Source: Camelus ferus | Taxonomy: Eukaryota | Assembly: GCF_009834535.1 (NCBI RefSeq) | Contig: NC_045697.1 | Coordinates: forward strand, 116,624,001-116,688,000 | Direction of reading: 5' to 3' | DNA: 64,000 bases | Part shown: positions 36,786 through 49,604 of the stretch, piece after piece | Layout of the letters: each line of letters begins with the position of its first letter | Position numbering within the stretch: the stretch's first letter is position 1 | Program-made: the position numbers and the translations under genes | Notes under the pieces: generated by a model | What the model saw: only the letters and a program-made list of their open reading frames with translations | Databases searched by the model: none | Told to the model about the DNA's origin: nothing

Positions 36786-39700
36786 AAAGGTGAAAGCTCT
36801 TGTTCTAGATGACTTTCTTTAGATATGAGCCCATTCTAGGACTAGACCATGTATAATTAATGGCTTTATAACAGTTACATCATCCACAACACAAACATGC
36901 CTTTCCCTGTTCCCTCCGCTGCCTGTACCTCTGATCCAGCTGAGTGATTTCACTGCGTTCTTCTTTTATCTCTGAAGGCTTGCACTCTGCAAACACTGCT
37001 TATTTTTGTTCAATCCCATGTGGCCTCAGTGCTTCCTTTGATTCCTCCGTGACACACTGCCTTGTTAAATTCCATTCCTGACCAGTACCACATTCATTCT
37101 CCATTTATCTATCCAGGCATCCATGATAACTCTTCCACAGGCAAACTGTTGAGAGGATACAGTCATCTTAACATATTTGGCCTTGACTTATCTGTTCTCA
37201 TGTTAATTTAATAATTCTAGCCTGTGTGCCTGCATGTCTGTCTTATATGTCTCTCTTTGGTCTGTACTTAGAGGGGAGGGAGGACATGTATTTAATTTAT
37301 TCTCCTAGGTAATCATGATAATGGACCAGGAGAGAGTATGGAACTTGCTACATCTACTAGCTTAGAAACTTTGAAAAAGATGCCTAAGAGAGCAGCAGCA
37401 TGCCAAGAAGATTTGTACAGATTTTTTTTTCCATTAAAGTGGACATGATGGACAGTTGATTTGCCCCAATAGTTCACATCCAAACTGGGGATGGATGCTC
37501 AGTTGCTGAGAAAAGTTATTAAACATCAACTAACAAAATAATCCCTTTTTCCAGGGAGCAGAAATTCCTGTGCTATGAGCTCGGGACAGCAGGGGTAATG
37601 ACTGCAATCAGGAGGGCAGAAATAAAAATCTATATTTAACTCAGCCAAGCTCACCACCTCTCCCGATCTCAACACAAAGAGGGGAGGTTAAATGGAGGTT
37701 ACGAGGAGCTGACGGACAGTGTGATGGGTGACGTCTTCACGTCTAAGTTTGAAATGTGTGAGAAAGTAGGAACATTTATAAACCAGGAGGCAGTTTTGCA
37801 ATTTCCAGCAAATCAGCTGCAACACAGAAAGCACAAATGGCAAATCTCTGGACCACTGAAAATGAGTCCAACATCTCCAGCCTGCTCTGGGAAAAACCTA
37901 TTAAAATACCAAAAGGCCGGGGTAGGAGGGGAGCAGCTGAGGATGAGAGAAAAGGGAGACAAGAAAGATGTGGATGGGAGTGGACATGGGAGTGCCCATA
38001 GTGGCACGTGATTGGCGTTCTCAGCGCCGATGCACCTGAGGTCTTAATTAGTTATTCTCATTCATTTATAACTGCAATGTGTGTCCTGGATAAAGTCTTC
38101 CCCAAAAGCCATGTGGGGTGGCTTCTCTGACCTCTCTCAGCAGAGCCAGGCACACACATTTAGACACGCTGTTCAGAATTTGTCAATTCATGTCGATTTG
38201 CACATCTCAGTCTCTAACATTTCAATTTTCAGTCTGTAAAGTCAGGTTTATCTGTTTAAAAGCGGCTGCAACTACAGAAATTTGCATGCTCATGACTTCC
38301 TTACATGGAGTATTGGAACCAACTTACTAAATGTTGCAAAAATCAGCCCAAAATGTCCATGAATAACTGCAAAATGGGGCCGGGTGGGGGATGACCTGAA
38401 TACGGTGTGTTTAATAGGCAACTGTCCTCTAATCGGCAAGGAGGGGATCTTAGGGAGAAGAGGTGGGTAGAAATAAGAATTCTGATGACAAGGTTTGGAA
38501 CCAAGAGAGGACAGTTTCTTTAGCGTAGATTTTGTCCAGAGGGGTGGTGAGTTAGGCTAAGAAAGAGAGAGAACCGTTGAGATTAAAAAAGGGAGAAATT
38601 AAGTGCGAGGGGAGGAAGGGGACCTGGCTGATTAGAACTGGGTGTCAAATCCGGGCCCCCCGGAGGCCCTGTGAGGAGGAGCTGCTGGGATTCCACGTGG
38701 AGGGATGAGAAGGGAGAAACTGACCACAGAGCAGGGTCAAAACCCCAAGGCAGTGGGAACATGGCTAAGGAGATTCATACACAGCGTTCCCTTTATTTCG
38801 ATGCCTGGAGCCAAAATGCAAAGACAGCCTCACCCTGCCAGGTGAACAGGAAGTCAAGCCGGCAGAGAGAATTTACTACCAGCGTGGGAGTTACTTGCTA
38901 GCAAATCATGAATGGTGGATACCTTTGGGTAGCATCGCACGGCAGTGAAGTTGGGTTGCCTGGCTTCTGTAGGCCTCCTTTAAATCCCCAGGAAGCTGTA
39001 AAACACATGACTCCATCTCAGGAAATCGTGTGTGTGCCAAGGTGGGGTAAAGGAGGAAAGAGTGAGTTTGGGGGGCTCTACTCTGTATGAGCAGAGTCTC
39101 AACTGTACCTCCTCCTCCTCCTGTACCTCAAGTACCAGCCTCAGCACAGGCACAGAGACAGAAGACTCAATATTTTGGGGGTTGGGGAGGAAGGGGTTAT
39201 AGGAGAAGTGAAGCACATTGGTATTTGGAGCCCAAGCTACTTGGGGGCATCTAGGGGAAAGAGGGCACTGTCTTGAAAGGAGAGGCAGAGAGATTCTGAG
39301 AGTACAGATGCCTCCTGGGAAGCAGACGGTTTCCTTCCTCCTGTCCAGCAACGCTCAGTGTCCCACAGCCTGCAGCCCTCAGCCTCCCCCGCCTTGGTGG
39401 GATGCCCCAGGGCCCCGTGCCTTTGTCTGCACGGTGCGTGATGAAAATGCTGCCTCTTTAAAGATGACGTAGTTGTCTGGGGAGCAGCATGGGAGCGAGG
39501 AACGCGGATGCAAAAACACCCACTGGATCTGAATTCACTCTGAAAAATGTGGAAGCCCCTTTCATGAGGGTTCCTCCGGGCCTGACTGCAAGCCTGGACT
39601 CAGGAAGGTGTAACAAGGACCCCTCTCTCCTCTGCCCAGTCTCTCCTGGGTTGTGAGAATAGTTTAAAATGATCTGCCAGGCAGGTATGTGGAACGGGAT

Positions 39701-39850
39701 ACCAGCGTAGCAGATGGGCAAATCTCAATTTTTGAGGCTAGGACTGTGCTGGATAATAAATGTATGCGAATAACCTCGGTCTAGGTTCTTTGACGGTTCA
39801 CCCTCTATCCTACATGCGAGATGGAGACCCGCTTTCAGCAGTGAGTAAAG

Positions 39851-39972
39851 ACGGGGAGGGCACAGCTCAGTGGTGGAGCACGGGTTCTTACTCAGCACCG
39901 GGTCCTGGGTTCCATCCCCAGCACCCACATTATATAGATAAATACCGAATTACCTCCCTCTCGCCAAAAAAA
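39851..39972 (+). mobile_element. tRNA-Ala-derived SINE, diverged
   Basis: SINE body with perfect 11-bp TSD agtgagtaaag at 39840-39850 and 39973-39983. Confidence 0.85.
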
Positions 39973-40280
39973 AGTGAGTAAAGGATAAGGAAGCTGACAG
40001 CAAAAGGGAGCCCAGCCACCGGCCTCCGTCTCCTCCTGGGCGAGAAATGAGGGCATTGAACTCTAGAAGCTTTATGTTGAACTCAAAAAGTCTAATTTTA
40101 TGAAACTTAAATTTAAAAAAAATACTTGAGAGACAGAAGAGGAAACTGTTTAACCAAATTGCAATTTACTGGTGACTCAGACAGCTGGAGGCAGAAAAAG
40201 AGACTTCATATAATTTTTCCTTAAATGAATTAGATAAGAATCAAGAGAAAATACTGTTAGGAGACAATAGTACAACTAAA

Positions 40281-40702
40281 TTTTTTTAATTGAAGTACAG
40301 CTGATTTACAATGTTGTGTTAGTTTCTGGTGCACAGCATAGCGATTCAGTTATACATCTATATATATATATTCTTTTTCATATTCTTTTTCACTATAGGT
40401 TATTACAAGATATTGAATATAGTTCCCTGTGCTGTACAGTAGGTCCTTGTTGTTTATCTATTTTATATACAGTAGTGTGTGTATCTTAATCTCAAACTCC
40501 TAATTTATCCCACCTCCCCTTTCCCCTTTGTAACCATAAGTTTGTTTTCTAGGTCTGTGAGTCTTTTTCTGTTTTGTAAATCAGTTCATTTGTGTCATTT
40601 TTTAGATTCCACATATGAGTGACATCATATGACATTTGTCTTTTCTCTGTCTGACCTACTTCACTGAGTATAATCATCTGTAGGTCCATCCATGTTGCTG
40701 CA
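40281..40702 (-). mobile_element. L1 3'UTR fragment
   Basis: T-run then aattgaagtacagctgatttacaatgttgtgttag, the same family as 57883-58845. Confidence 0.9.
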
Positions 40703-42199
40703 ATTTTTTTTTACACCTAAATATTTTTGTCAATGAATTAAGTCATGTCATTGAATGGCCTCTTAGTTCAAGCTCACACTCAACCCTCTGCCAAAAACAA
40801 ACAAAAAAATGACTTAAAATCTCAACTGCCTTCTGAAAAGGGTGAATCTCATTGTTAAAGAGTACATCCAGTTATCTGCTGTCCCTTTCTGTAGCTGATC
40901 CCATGGGTGGGCATGGAACTGAGTTTGGAGACAGGGGCTCGACAGGAGAGAGCTCTGGGTGGTCCTTCATGACAGAATGAGAACTGAAGCCCCTGGGGTC
41001 ACGTCAGGGTGGGGGTGGGGGACAAGCTGAGGAGGAAGGCGGGGATGGGTTGGGGAGAGGGACCTGTGCACAGACCAGAGACCAGGGCTCCACGTGGCCT
41101 GGAACAGCCCAGGAAAAGCCCGAAGGTCCCCCTCCGCAAAGATCATTCTCCCATTTTCGAGAGCACTGATTATTTTAAACAGATATATTCATTATTATAG
41201 AAGATTTAAGAAATAACGAGACTCTAGTTAAGTCCAGTAATACTGAAATAACTGTAAAATAAATCTATGTAACAGAAATCAAATCTCCGAATTACAATAA
41301 AATGCACCTATTTTACAAGAAAATAGCAATTTCAAACGCAAATAGCCAGAGACCCCACTTTATACTGTCCTTTCCCCCCACTCAACATTGATCTTTGCTG
41401 TGCTAGAGACTAATACCAAAATTTGATATACACACAACTTGCCCCTGTTTAGCTCCAAAGAAGGGAAGGGCTTCTGGTTTCAGTGATGGACCCTCGTGGT
41501 TCTGGTCAGGGTGATGGGTGGAGGTGCAGAATTGAAGAGGATGAGAGAGCACTGGATGGCTGTGCATAAGATGGGATCCAGAGCCACTGGGCTGTGGAGG
41601 AAACGAGGGGACAAAATACCCAGGAGGAGGGAGAGGTAGGCTCAGGTAAGAGGTAAGTCACTCGGTACTGGCCCTTCCTCTGTGTATAGCTCTGGGCCGG
41701 GGGCTGCAAACCAAAGTGCTTCCCGAGCAAAATCCTGGAGGCAATACAGGTTGAGTCTAAATTTCCATACAAATTATTTAAGCATGTGTCTCCATTCATC
41801 AATTTTTGGCACACACTGAGAATATATGTAAAGCAGATGGTACCAGCTCATAGGGGAGATTTGTAAATACCACCTGGGTGAATTTCTCAGACGCCCCTGG
41901 GATGGGGAGGGCCTTGCTCTCATGGAAACTTTGTTTTTGTTTGGATTCACCAATGACCTTGGGCTGGTCAATATTTCTCTATTGCTTAATAACGAAAATG
42001 GAGAAATATGTAACTTGCTGAAGGATCAGTAGGCTAGACGAGGGGTCCTGTTCTGGTCCCTTTTAATTCTAAGATATTGTAGCTTTAGAAAATATTAGCA
42101 CTGAATCAAGTTTTACTAGCACAGGCCTTCCAAGGACACAGACTTGGACTGAAATCTCTTTTGCAAGACCTCTTAAGGATGATGCCAGGCATGTGACTT

Positions 42200-42342
42200 A
42201 ATATTTCTCATTTTCTGTTTCCTATTTTGTAAAGTAAGAATATCACTTAAGGTTGTTACAGGGATAACGTCAGATGATACTTGTAAAGCATTTGGCACAG
42301 TCCGCGGTCCATGGAGAGCTCTCAATAAATGGTTGCTATAAT
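42200..42342. mobile_element. MIR remnant
   Basis: ggttgttacagggataa...tgtaaagcatttggcacagt...gctctcaataaatggttgctat. Confidence 0.7.
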
Positions 42343-42405
42343 GACCACCACATCCATAACCACCATCCCAGAACTTGAAATTAAAATGGTGCAAATGCTC
42401 ACAGT

Positions 42406-42863
42406 GTGTTTGTTGAGAGATTTTTGTTACTGTTTCAGTCTCCTTACCAGTAATGAGTCTATGCAGATTTTGTTCATTGTTGGATGACTGGGTAAAGTAG
42501 CTCTGGTATGTATACACAAAGGAATACTACCCAGCCATGAAAAGAATGAAATCCTGCCACGTGAGACAACATGGATGGACGCTAAGTGAAATAAGTCAGA
42601 TAGAGGAAGTCAAATACCGCATGATTTCACTCATATGTGGAATCTACAAAAATAAAACAAAGAAACAAAATAAAACACAAACTCATGGATACGGAGATTA
42701 GATTAGTGGCTGCCAGATGGCAAGAGGGTTGTGGGGTGTGAAATGGGTGGAGGGGTCAAGTGTATGGTGACGGATGGTAACTCGACCTTGCGGTTGTGAT
42801 CACTCTGTAGTGTATGCAAACGTTGAATTATAATTCTGGACACCTAAAAATCATACAGTGAAA
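42406..42863 (+). mobile_element. L1 3' end preceded by a short inverted ORF2 piece
   Basis: 42471-42863 is L1 3' end on +. 42407-42470 reads on - as NLHRLITGKETETVTK (L1 ORF2 NLNRPITSKEIESVIK-like). Degenerate TSD aaatgctcacagt/aaatgcttatggt. Confidence 0.75.
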
Positions 42864-43469
42864 AAATGCTTATGGTTTTTTCAGTCCAAAAATAAATCTT
42901 GCAAGAATACCCAACTCCAGGCATTTCAGCTGAACAATTTTGTCCTAACGTGTAATGAAGCTTGCAAAACTCTTTAGTTCACAAATATAATAATTTGTTT
43001 TTCTTTATTCAGATGACAATGATGCATTTGCACAGACTTGTTCTTTTTTTTTTTTCTATTTGAACAGTAAAAATATGATTCCAAATTCAGAGGAGGGCAG
43101 TCCAGACTTGTGAGCAACCTTAAAACACGGGAGGTGAAATGTTAGACGCTTCTGTGGTCTGTATATTGGCAAGTCTCTTCTTCTAGCTTTTGGAGGTGGG
43201 TGGATGCATCGTGTACTAATGGTCTGCTTTTCACGTACTAATGGTCTGTCCAGGACCATTCCCCTCCACCCCATCTTGGTCCAGGCCAGTGCCAGGACCT
43301 AACGCAAATACCAGGTGGCGCTGTAGGTATCCGCGTGAAATCTAACAGTGAGGACCTTACCAGCCGGGCCAGTTCTTGGGGAAATACTAAAGGGAATCAA
43401 ATTTATATTTGAGCCTCTTCTATTTCCTACTTCCTTCCTTGTTCCCTGCCTATCCAAAGCATTGGAGGT

Positions 43470-43617
43470 GGGGAGGGGACAGCTCGGTGGTAGAGCACAT
43501 GCCTAGCATGCATGAGGTCCTGGGTTCAATCCCCAGCACCTCCATTAAATAAATAAATGTATAAATAAATTTAAAAAACATAATTACCTCCTCCCCTAAA
43601 AATAAAAAATAAACAAA
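43470..43617 (+). mobile_element. tRNA-Ala-derived SINE
   Basis: agctcggtggtagagcacatgcctagcatgcatgaggtcctgggttcaatccccagcacctcca followed by (TAAA)n, taattacctcc and A tail. Confidence 0.9.
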
Positions 43618-43704
43618 CTCAGTGTGCTAAGTGAAAGGATTGCTTTTTCTTCATGATACTGGTTAAGGGCTGAGTAAAGCATTTGCTGATAAGGACTTGT
43701 GATA

Positions 43705-43845
43705 CAAGAAGTTGCCAAACAAGTGCAAGGGGTCCCCACAGACCATCACCCAGCTTCCCCTTGTGGTGCAATCTCACACAACCATAGGACATCATGAAAA
43801 CTGGGAAATCAACATCAGCACAATACAGCCAACTGGACTATAGAT
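43705..43845 (-). mobile_element. Old L1 3' remnant
   Basis: cacccagcttcccc...caaccataggacatcatgaaaactgggaaatcaacat. Confidence 0.5.
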
Positions 43846-44040
43846 GGAGGAGTTTTTAAGAATAAAGAAATCCTCAAGGCTAAAAGGAAATCTTTTTTGA
43901 ATCTTTTTTTTTTTTTTCCCTGCATCTTAATGTGGCTCCTCTCTGTGTGCACCTAGGTTTTTGCCCTGTCTCACTGTTTGGTCATCCTTGAAACCCTCTC
44001 TCTTCTCCACTCTAACCCTTCAGAGCAAGGGTCATGCTGC

Positions 44041-44358
44041 TTTTTTTTTTTTTTTAATTGAAGTACAGTCAATTACAATGAGTCAATTTCTGGTGTGCAG
44101 CACAATGTCCCAGTCATGCATATACATACATATATTCATTTTCATATTCTTTTTCATTAAAGGTTATTACAAAATATTGAGCTTAGTTCCCTGTGCTATA
44201 CTGAAGAAACTTTTTAAAAAATCTATTTTTATATATAGTGGCTAACATTAGTAAGTCTCAAACTCCCAAATTTATTCCTTCCCACTCCCTTTCCCAGTAA
44301 CCATAAGACTGTTCACTATGTCTGTGAGTCTGTTTCTGTTTTGTAGATGAGTTCATTA
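44041..44358 (-). mobile_element. L1 3'UTR fragment with intact poly(T)
   Basis: T15 then aattgaagtacagtc. Same subfamily as 32740 and 62729. Confidence 0.9.
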
Positions 44359-44504
44359 AGTAACTGGCATTCAATACATACTTTTAGTTAAAAGGATGAC
44401 CAGTAATTGCTTAGGTCTATAGAGGGCCTTCTGTTTTCAAAGTCCTTTTGTATTTACTATCTACTAAGAATGATCAAGGTCTAGGAAAGAGAGCAGAGAC
44501 TAAG

Positions 44505-44650
44505 GAAGCCTTCCAGTCTTGGCACTATTTAGCTTGAGTCTTGTGACGAGGTACTGAATGTCCTGGTCTTGCCTTCCTCATGTGCTTAACTGTGTCCGTG
44601 TAATAGAGTTGTTGTGAAGATTCGAGGAGGTAATTTACCTAATAAAGAAC
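44505..44650. mobile_element. MIR remnant
   Basis: tagagttgttgtgaagatt core motif. Confidence 0.45.
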
Positions 44651-46667
44651 CAAACACACGGGCTCTGGGAGGTAGACAGGGTCAAAGATTTTATGGCCCT
44701 TTTACAAACTAAGGCTCTCAGTCACTGCGGGAAATTACAGAGCGAGGACATGGTAGTGCTGTTAAGCACCTTAAATCTCCCGGGAGAGCACACTGTCTTT
44801 CCTGGGCAACAGGAGAGTGGATTGAAAAACAAGACTATCAACACCCACGGGGTAGTTACAGAGATTTAAGACGTTGTCCTTATGTAGTTGACTTCTCCTT
44901 GGCTATCTGCACAGGAGATCCTCTCCTGATGGGGGGAGCTTGGTGATGAGATAAGCTTGCAGGTAAGTCATGGGTGTGGGTTGCTACTTTGGGGGCACCT
45001 ATCAAATACCTGCCCCATCCCACCCGGTGACAGCATGTGGCCGGGAATCCGACTTGCCTGGCTGGGAGGCGTGGAAGAATGAGAACTCAGTGCCCAGGAC
45101 TTACAGGACATTACCAAAATCTTTTAAGGATCCAAAAGATAAATGTGGAAAGGGTTTTGGAGGGTTTTGACATCATCATCTTCATCACTATTATCCATTT
45201 TCTGCTCATGAAAATAAATTTTTATGGACAAGAGAAAACAGGGAAACAGAATTTTTTTTTTTGCTGAACGTGGACCATTTTTACCAAATGGCTGGGAACA
45301 CATGAGCCAAACTGCCTGTCAGCTTGCCCTGAATACCTTCCACCCTCCCCTGAACCCCTCACACTAGGATGCTTCTCTGCAAGTATTCATTTGACTTATT
45401 CAGTCTGCTCATTTCATTGAAATGGAAGAGGAGATGGCAAAAGATGTTCTGGATTTATGAGGCTGTTGGCTGCAAGTGTCAGCACTTGGATTCTATTAGA
45501 AACCTGCGATTTTTGATGTGGTTTACGATTTGACTTTGCACCTCTATTTGGAAGATGGAAGTGTCAGCAATAAGATTAGAGCTGGAGAAAGCTGGAAACT
45601 AGGGTGTTTCTCCAGGATTTGGCATCATTTCCTCGGTTTGGATGCTGTCTCCCCCTTTAGACCATTAAAGTAAAGTGTACTCGAAGTCAGGAAGAGAGGA
45701 GATAAAGGAAAAAAAAATCACTTTGGGGCAGTACATGCATTAGAATTGGGAGAGTTAGGGTTGCAACTGACTCCCAGACATTCCTCCGTGGAATGTCTCC
45801 GTGTAAATAAACTTCTGCAAACTTTGAAGAGACAGAGAAATGTAAACATGCTTGTGAATTCCCAGTCTGTTAAAGCTTAGTGATTCCCAGCACCATAAGG
45901 TATGAAAGGTTCCCAGAAGGTTTTCTTTCTTGGTTTGCTTTGATTTTTCTCATCATGTATTACCTGAGAAACAAAAACATCTAATTTCTATTCACCTGAT
46001 GTTTGAATAAGGTTTAGTGCTGAACAACTCCTTCTTTTGATTAAAAAAAAAAAAGATTTTCTGAAAAATGAATTAGGGCACACACAGAGAGGAGGAAAAA
46101 AAAAATCACAATAGCAAAAGGAAAACTTGGGCTCCTCGTGTATCTGTGGGGTTTCACTGCTTTGTGCTTTCCTTTGTTCTTCTTTCCAGGAATAATGAGA
46201 AACCTTGCTAAATAAAAAAGGAGTTTTCTGAATGCATTTCCCCGGGAGGAGGGTCACTTACGATACGATCACAAAAGACCGGGCACAGGAAGGGGAAGAA
46301 AGGTACAGACCCCCCAGGTATGTGAGCGGGGCACATCTTTGGAACACAGTCTCTTTAAGGACCACTCCTCTTGAAATAAACCATGATTTATAAAACAATC
46401 GTTAATATCAGTGAGACCAGCTGGTTGTTCACAAGCACAGGATTACATGACACATTAGCCTTGTTTAACTCTTGAGCTGACAATTTATCCCAGTTTTTAA
46501 TTTAAGTACCAGAAATGTGTCGAGAAGAATGATTCTGAAGTGAGATGACAGTTTTATCAGAAAGAGCATCTGTACCTTAAAAGCATACATGTAAGAAACA
46601 CACATTTGTACTTTTGATTATGTCATAAAATCCAAAGGCATACAAAATAAATACTGAGCATACTTAC

Positions 46668-46716
46668 AGTATTTCCCCAAAATCAAGATGTAGAAGAAGA
46701 CAGGACCAGATGGCAT
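46668..46716 (-). CDS. RXFP1: RXFP1 coding exon 1 (start codon, signal peptide)
   Basis: Minus strand reads ATG CCA TCT GGT CCT GTC TTC TTC TAC ATC TTG ATT TTG GGG AAA TAC T|gtaagt = MPSGPVFFYILILGKY+1 nt (49 nt), with a consensus donor at 46667-46662. It matches the recalled human RXFP1 N-terminus MTSGSVFFYILIFGKY and joins exon 2 in frame. Confidence 0.95.
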
Positions 46717-47000
46717 TTCCTTCTTGCCGGGAAACAGGTTAACGCAGGTGAACACAGCCAGGTCCTGGTTTCTGAGCCGCGTGCAGGCACGGAGGTTGTG
46801 TGCTATTTCTGTCTGCGATCTGAGCAGCTATAAACCTGCCGTCCCTTCCTCTCTCACCGCCTCTCCCTCTCTCTTTCCATTTCCTCTTCTCTCCTTTATT
46901 CCTTTCTCTCTCCCAGAATCTCCCCTCCCCACCCTCCTTCTCTGACAGCCTTGATATCCCTTTTCACACGCACGCACGCGCGCACGCACGGACAAAGCTG
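46717..47000 (-). promoter_or_regulatory. RXFP1: RXFP1 5'UTR / proximal promoter
   Basis: Lies directly upstream of the ATG. Contains a purine-rich GA tract on the sense strand (46842-46943) and a (GT/GC)n alternating tract (46965-46990). The segment gcagacagaaatagcacacaacc resembles the recalled human RXFP1 5'UTR. The TSS cannot be placed from sequence. Confidence 0.7.
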
Positions 47001-48283
47001 AGCAGGGATGAAAAGTTTCAGGCAGAGAACGTGCAGGCTCTTCTTGACTCCAAGCACTATCCTGTTCCCCTGTCCTGCGACAGCTACCGAGGAGCGTGTG
47101 TGGGAACACTGACAACCACCTGAATGGATCAAAGTCAGGCAGCTAGAAGGAAACAGGACTCAGAGATACCTCACAAGCCCAGACTGCTTTTCCCCCTAGT
47201 GACTCGCGAGGAGGGGAAGGGCAGAACCACACGGGGCAAGATGCCTTTGTGGGATGAAATCTCAGGCAAGATTTAAGTGTAACAGCAGCAGTCTTTCATG
47301 TTCTGTCTGGGCTGAGGCATTTGAATGATAGAATTTTGTTCAAAGAAAGATCTAGAGGGAGGAGGAACAGATCTTCAATGTTGTCAGACTCGTGAGTTCA
47401 TTGACGGTGGAGTAAAACCTTCCTCGGTTTGAGTCTGTGGCTTGAGAGCTGCGGAGCTGCTGATTCTGGGCTGAGCCTTGCCTCTCCAGAGGGAAACACC
47501 TCTCCAGCCAAGCATCTGTGATGCTCAGCAGAGGGCACACAGGACGTCTGGCAGAGGTCCTAGTGCACGCAGGTGATTACTACCTGGCAGCCATTCATCT
47601 GACGATGATTTTGATTATTTTTAGCAGTGGGGGAAAAAGTTTGCAAATGCAAAGAACATTCGCATGGAATGCCTTTTCTTTAAACCAAGCTCTATCATTC
47701 TTATTTTGCACTATGATCATTTATTGCCAGAACCAATGAGCAGCGTTTGGACATGAGAGATTTGTTTGTGAGGTTAATGTCTCCTACCCACAACACATGT
47801 AGAATCTATTTAAATTACGTGACTTTATATTACTGATGCCGACCTATTTAGAAGCCTATTTCTAAATGGTGGCTAAAAGGTTATAGTAACACTACTTTCC
47901 TGTCTTCTTGTAGGAAGAAAGGAGTCGAAAGGAGACACGAGGTAGAGGAATCTTCACAATTCCTTATTCGTTTAGCAGAGGTGCTTAATGAAAACACCAT
48001 TCTTTTGGTGGAAATGCTTATGGTTAACTGAATTTGAACACTCATTTAATGTTCAATAAGTGTTCCTGACATGTTTACTGTTTATAGTAACACTTGAAAT
48101 GTTTTAAGTAGTTTTAAAGTAATTTTAAGTAATTTTCTTAGATTTATTTTAGAAATAGTGTTTCTGGGAAGGATGCCCAGGACATGTCATGGGCGTATCT
48201 GAAAGAGGGACCTAGAAGAAGCTTCTTGACATTAACGCTGAGGAACTTGCTTTAGGAAGTGTTTGGCGTAAAGCAAGCTATTG

Positions 48284-48446
48284 AGGGGGAGGGCAAAACT
48301 CAGTGGTAGAGCACGTGCTTAGCACGCATGAGGTCCTGGGTTCAAATCCCAGTGCCTCCACTAAAAACATAATAATAATTTAAAAAATAAACAAGCCTAA
48401 TTACCCCCCAAAAAAGCTTAAAATAAATAAATATAAAGTTTTAAAT
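48284..48446 (+). mobile_element. tRNA-Ala-derived SINE
   Basis: actcagtggtagagcacgtgcttagcacgcatgaggtcctgggttcaaatcccagtgcctcca plus cctaattacccccc and A-rich tail. Confidence 0.88.
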
Positions 48447-48690
48447 AGTAAGCTGTTAATACAGAGATTTTCAAAGTAATCTTAATGTTGTTGTCAGCTT
48501 GGAACGTTTTGCCTGAGCTGATATAACGGACATGTATGCTTTTGCTAAAACAGCTGTTTAACTGGAGGAAAAGTTTTAGACATTTGCTTATATCAGGATA
48601 CCAATTCTTTCTTACTTCTGGCAAAGACAGAGAATCGGGAAAACTTATTTTATATAGGCATGTTGCTGGAAAAACACCCAGGAGTGAACA

Positions 48691-48899
48691 CAGGGTCCCC
48701 CTACCATACATTGTACGGGCACTGTTTTTATTAGGGCCAGAGAATTCTTTATTTGAGGTGCTGTCTTTTGGTTTAGTGGCATCTCTGGCCTCTACCCACT
48801 GGATGTCAATAGCACACCCTTGATGCGACCATTGAGGATGTCTCCAGACATGGGCTGATGTCCCTGGGGGGCAGACTTGCTCCCGGTTGAGAACTGCAT
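48691..48899 (-). mobile_element. MER20, ~2 kb upstream of the RXFP1 ATG
   Basis: gcatctctggcctctacccactggatg...atgtctccagacat...tgtccctggggggcaga...cccggttgagaac is the reverse strand of MER20. Confidence 0.85.
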
Positions 48900-49604
48900 T
48901 GTAGCAAAAGACTCCCATGAACAAAATTTAAGTACTGATTTTTACCAGCTAGTTAGAATTCTTCTTACCTACATTTAAAGGGCGTTTTCTCATTTTCTGG
49001 TTTCACAGCTTTGAAGACATTTATTAGAGAGTTTTCAAAACAAACAGACGTTTGTCAACCTGCACCGTGGGCCCCGGAGGGTCTGTGATGTCACTCCCTC
49101 TGTCTGGCTAGGCACATCCGGGTTTCCACCCCGCATCTGTTGCTGACATGGGCTAATGTGTCAGCAATTACAATTAACACATTTTCTTATCTTGAAACCT
49201 GTTCTTAAAACTTTATTGCAACTCTCTGAATAATTTAAAAAATTCTTCTATTTGGAAAGCACTTCTGAGAACAACCCAGTGAGTCAAGCCAGACGAACTT
49301 GACTGTGCTCCGTAGATTCAAGTTTCTAACCTTGTGGTTTTTCCAGCCCACGACCACTGAAATTCACCACGATGTTCTTCAGCATCATAGCTAAAGGTGA
49401 CACAATAACCCTTGAGGGCTTTTGCCCATGCTTCTGAACCTACTGGCCACCATCATTTTCAGCAGTAGAAACAGTCCTGTTCTTAAAGGTTTGTTTGATT
49501 GTAGACCTGGGCAAGTCCCAGTGAAAGAGGCTGGAAAAATCTCAATCAGGGCATCACGATGTAGAGATATTCAGGTAATGGTGAGCCACCTGATGCAATT
49601 AGGA

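Noticed and set aside
43470..43544. tRNA-Ala(AGC)-like sequence as a real tRNA gene (also the other five copies)
   Set aside because: Stems are mismatched, there is no T-run terminator, and SINE tails and TSDs are present, so these are SINEs.
771..46667. Apparent excess of sense-oriented L1 fragments in RXFP1 introns
   Set aside because: Only about 15 mostly short fragments, too few to distinguish from chance.
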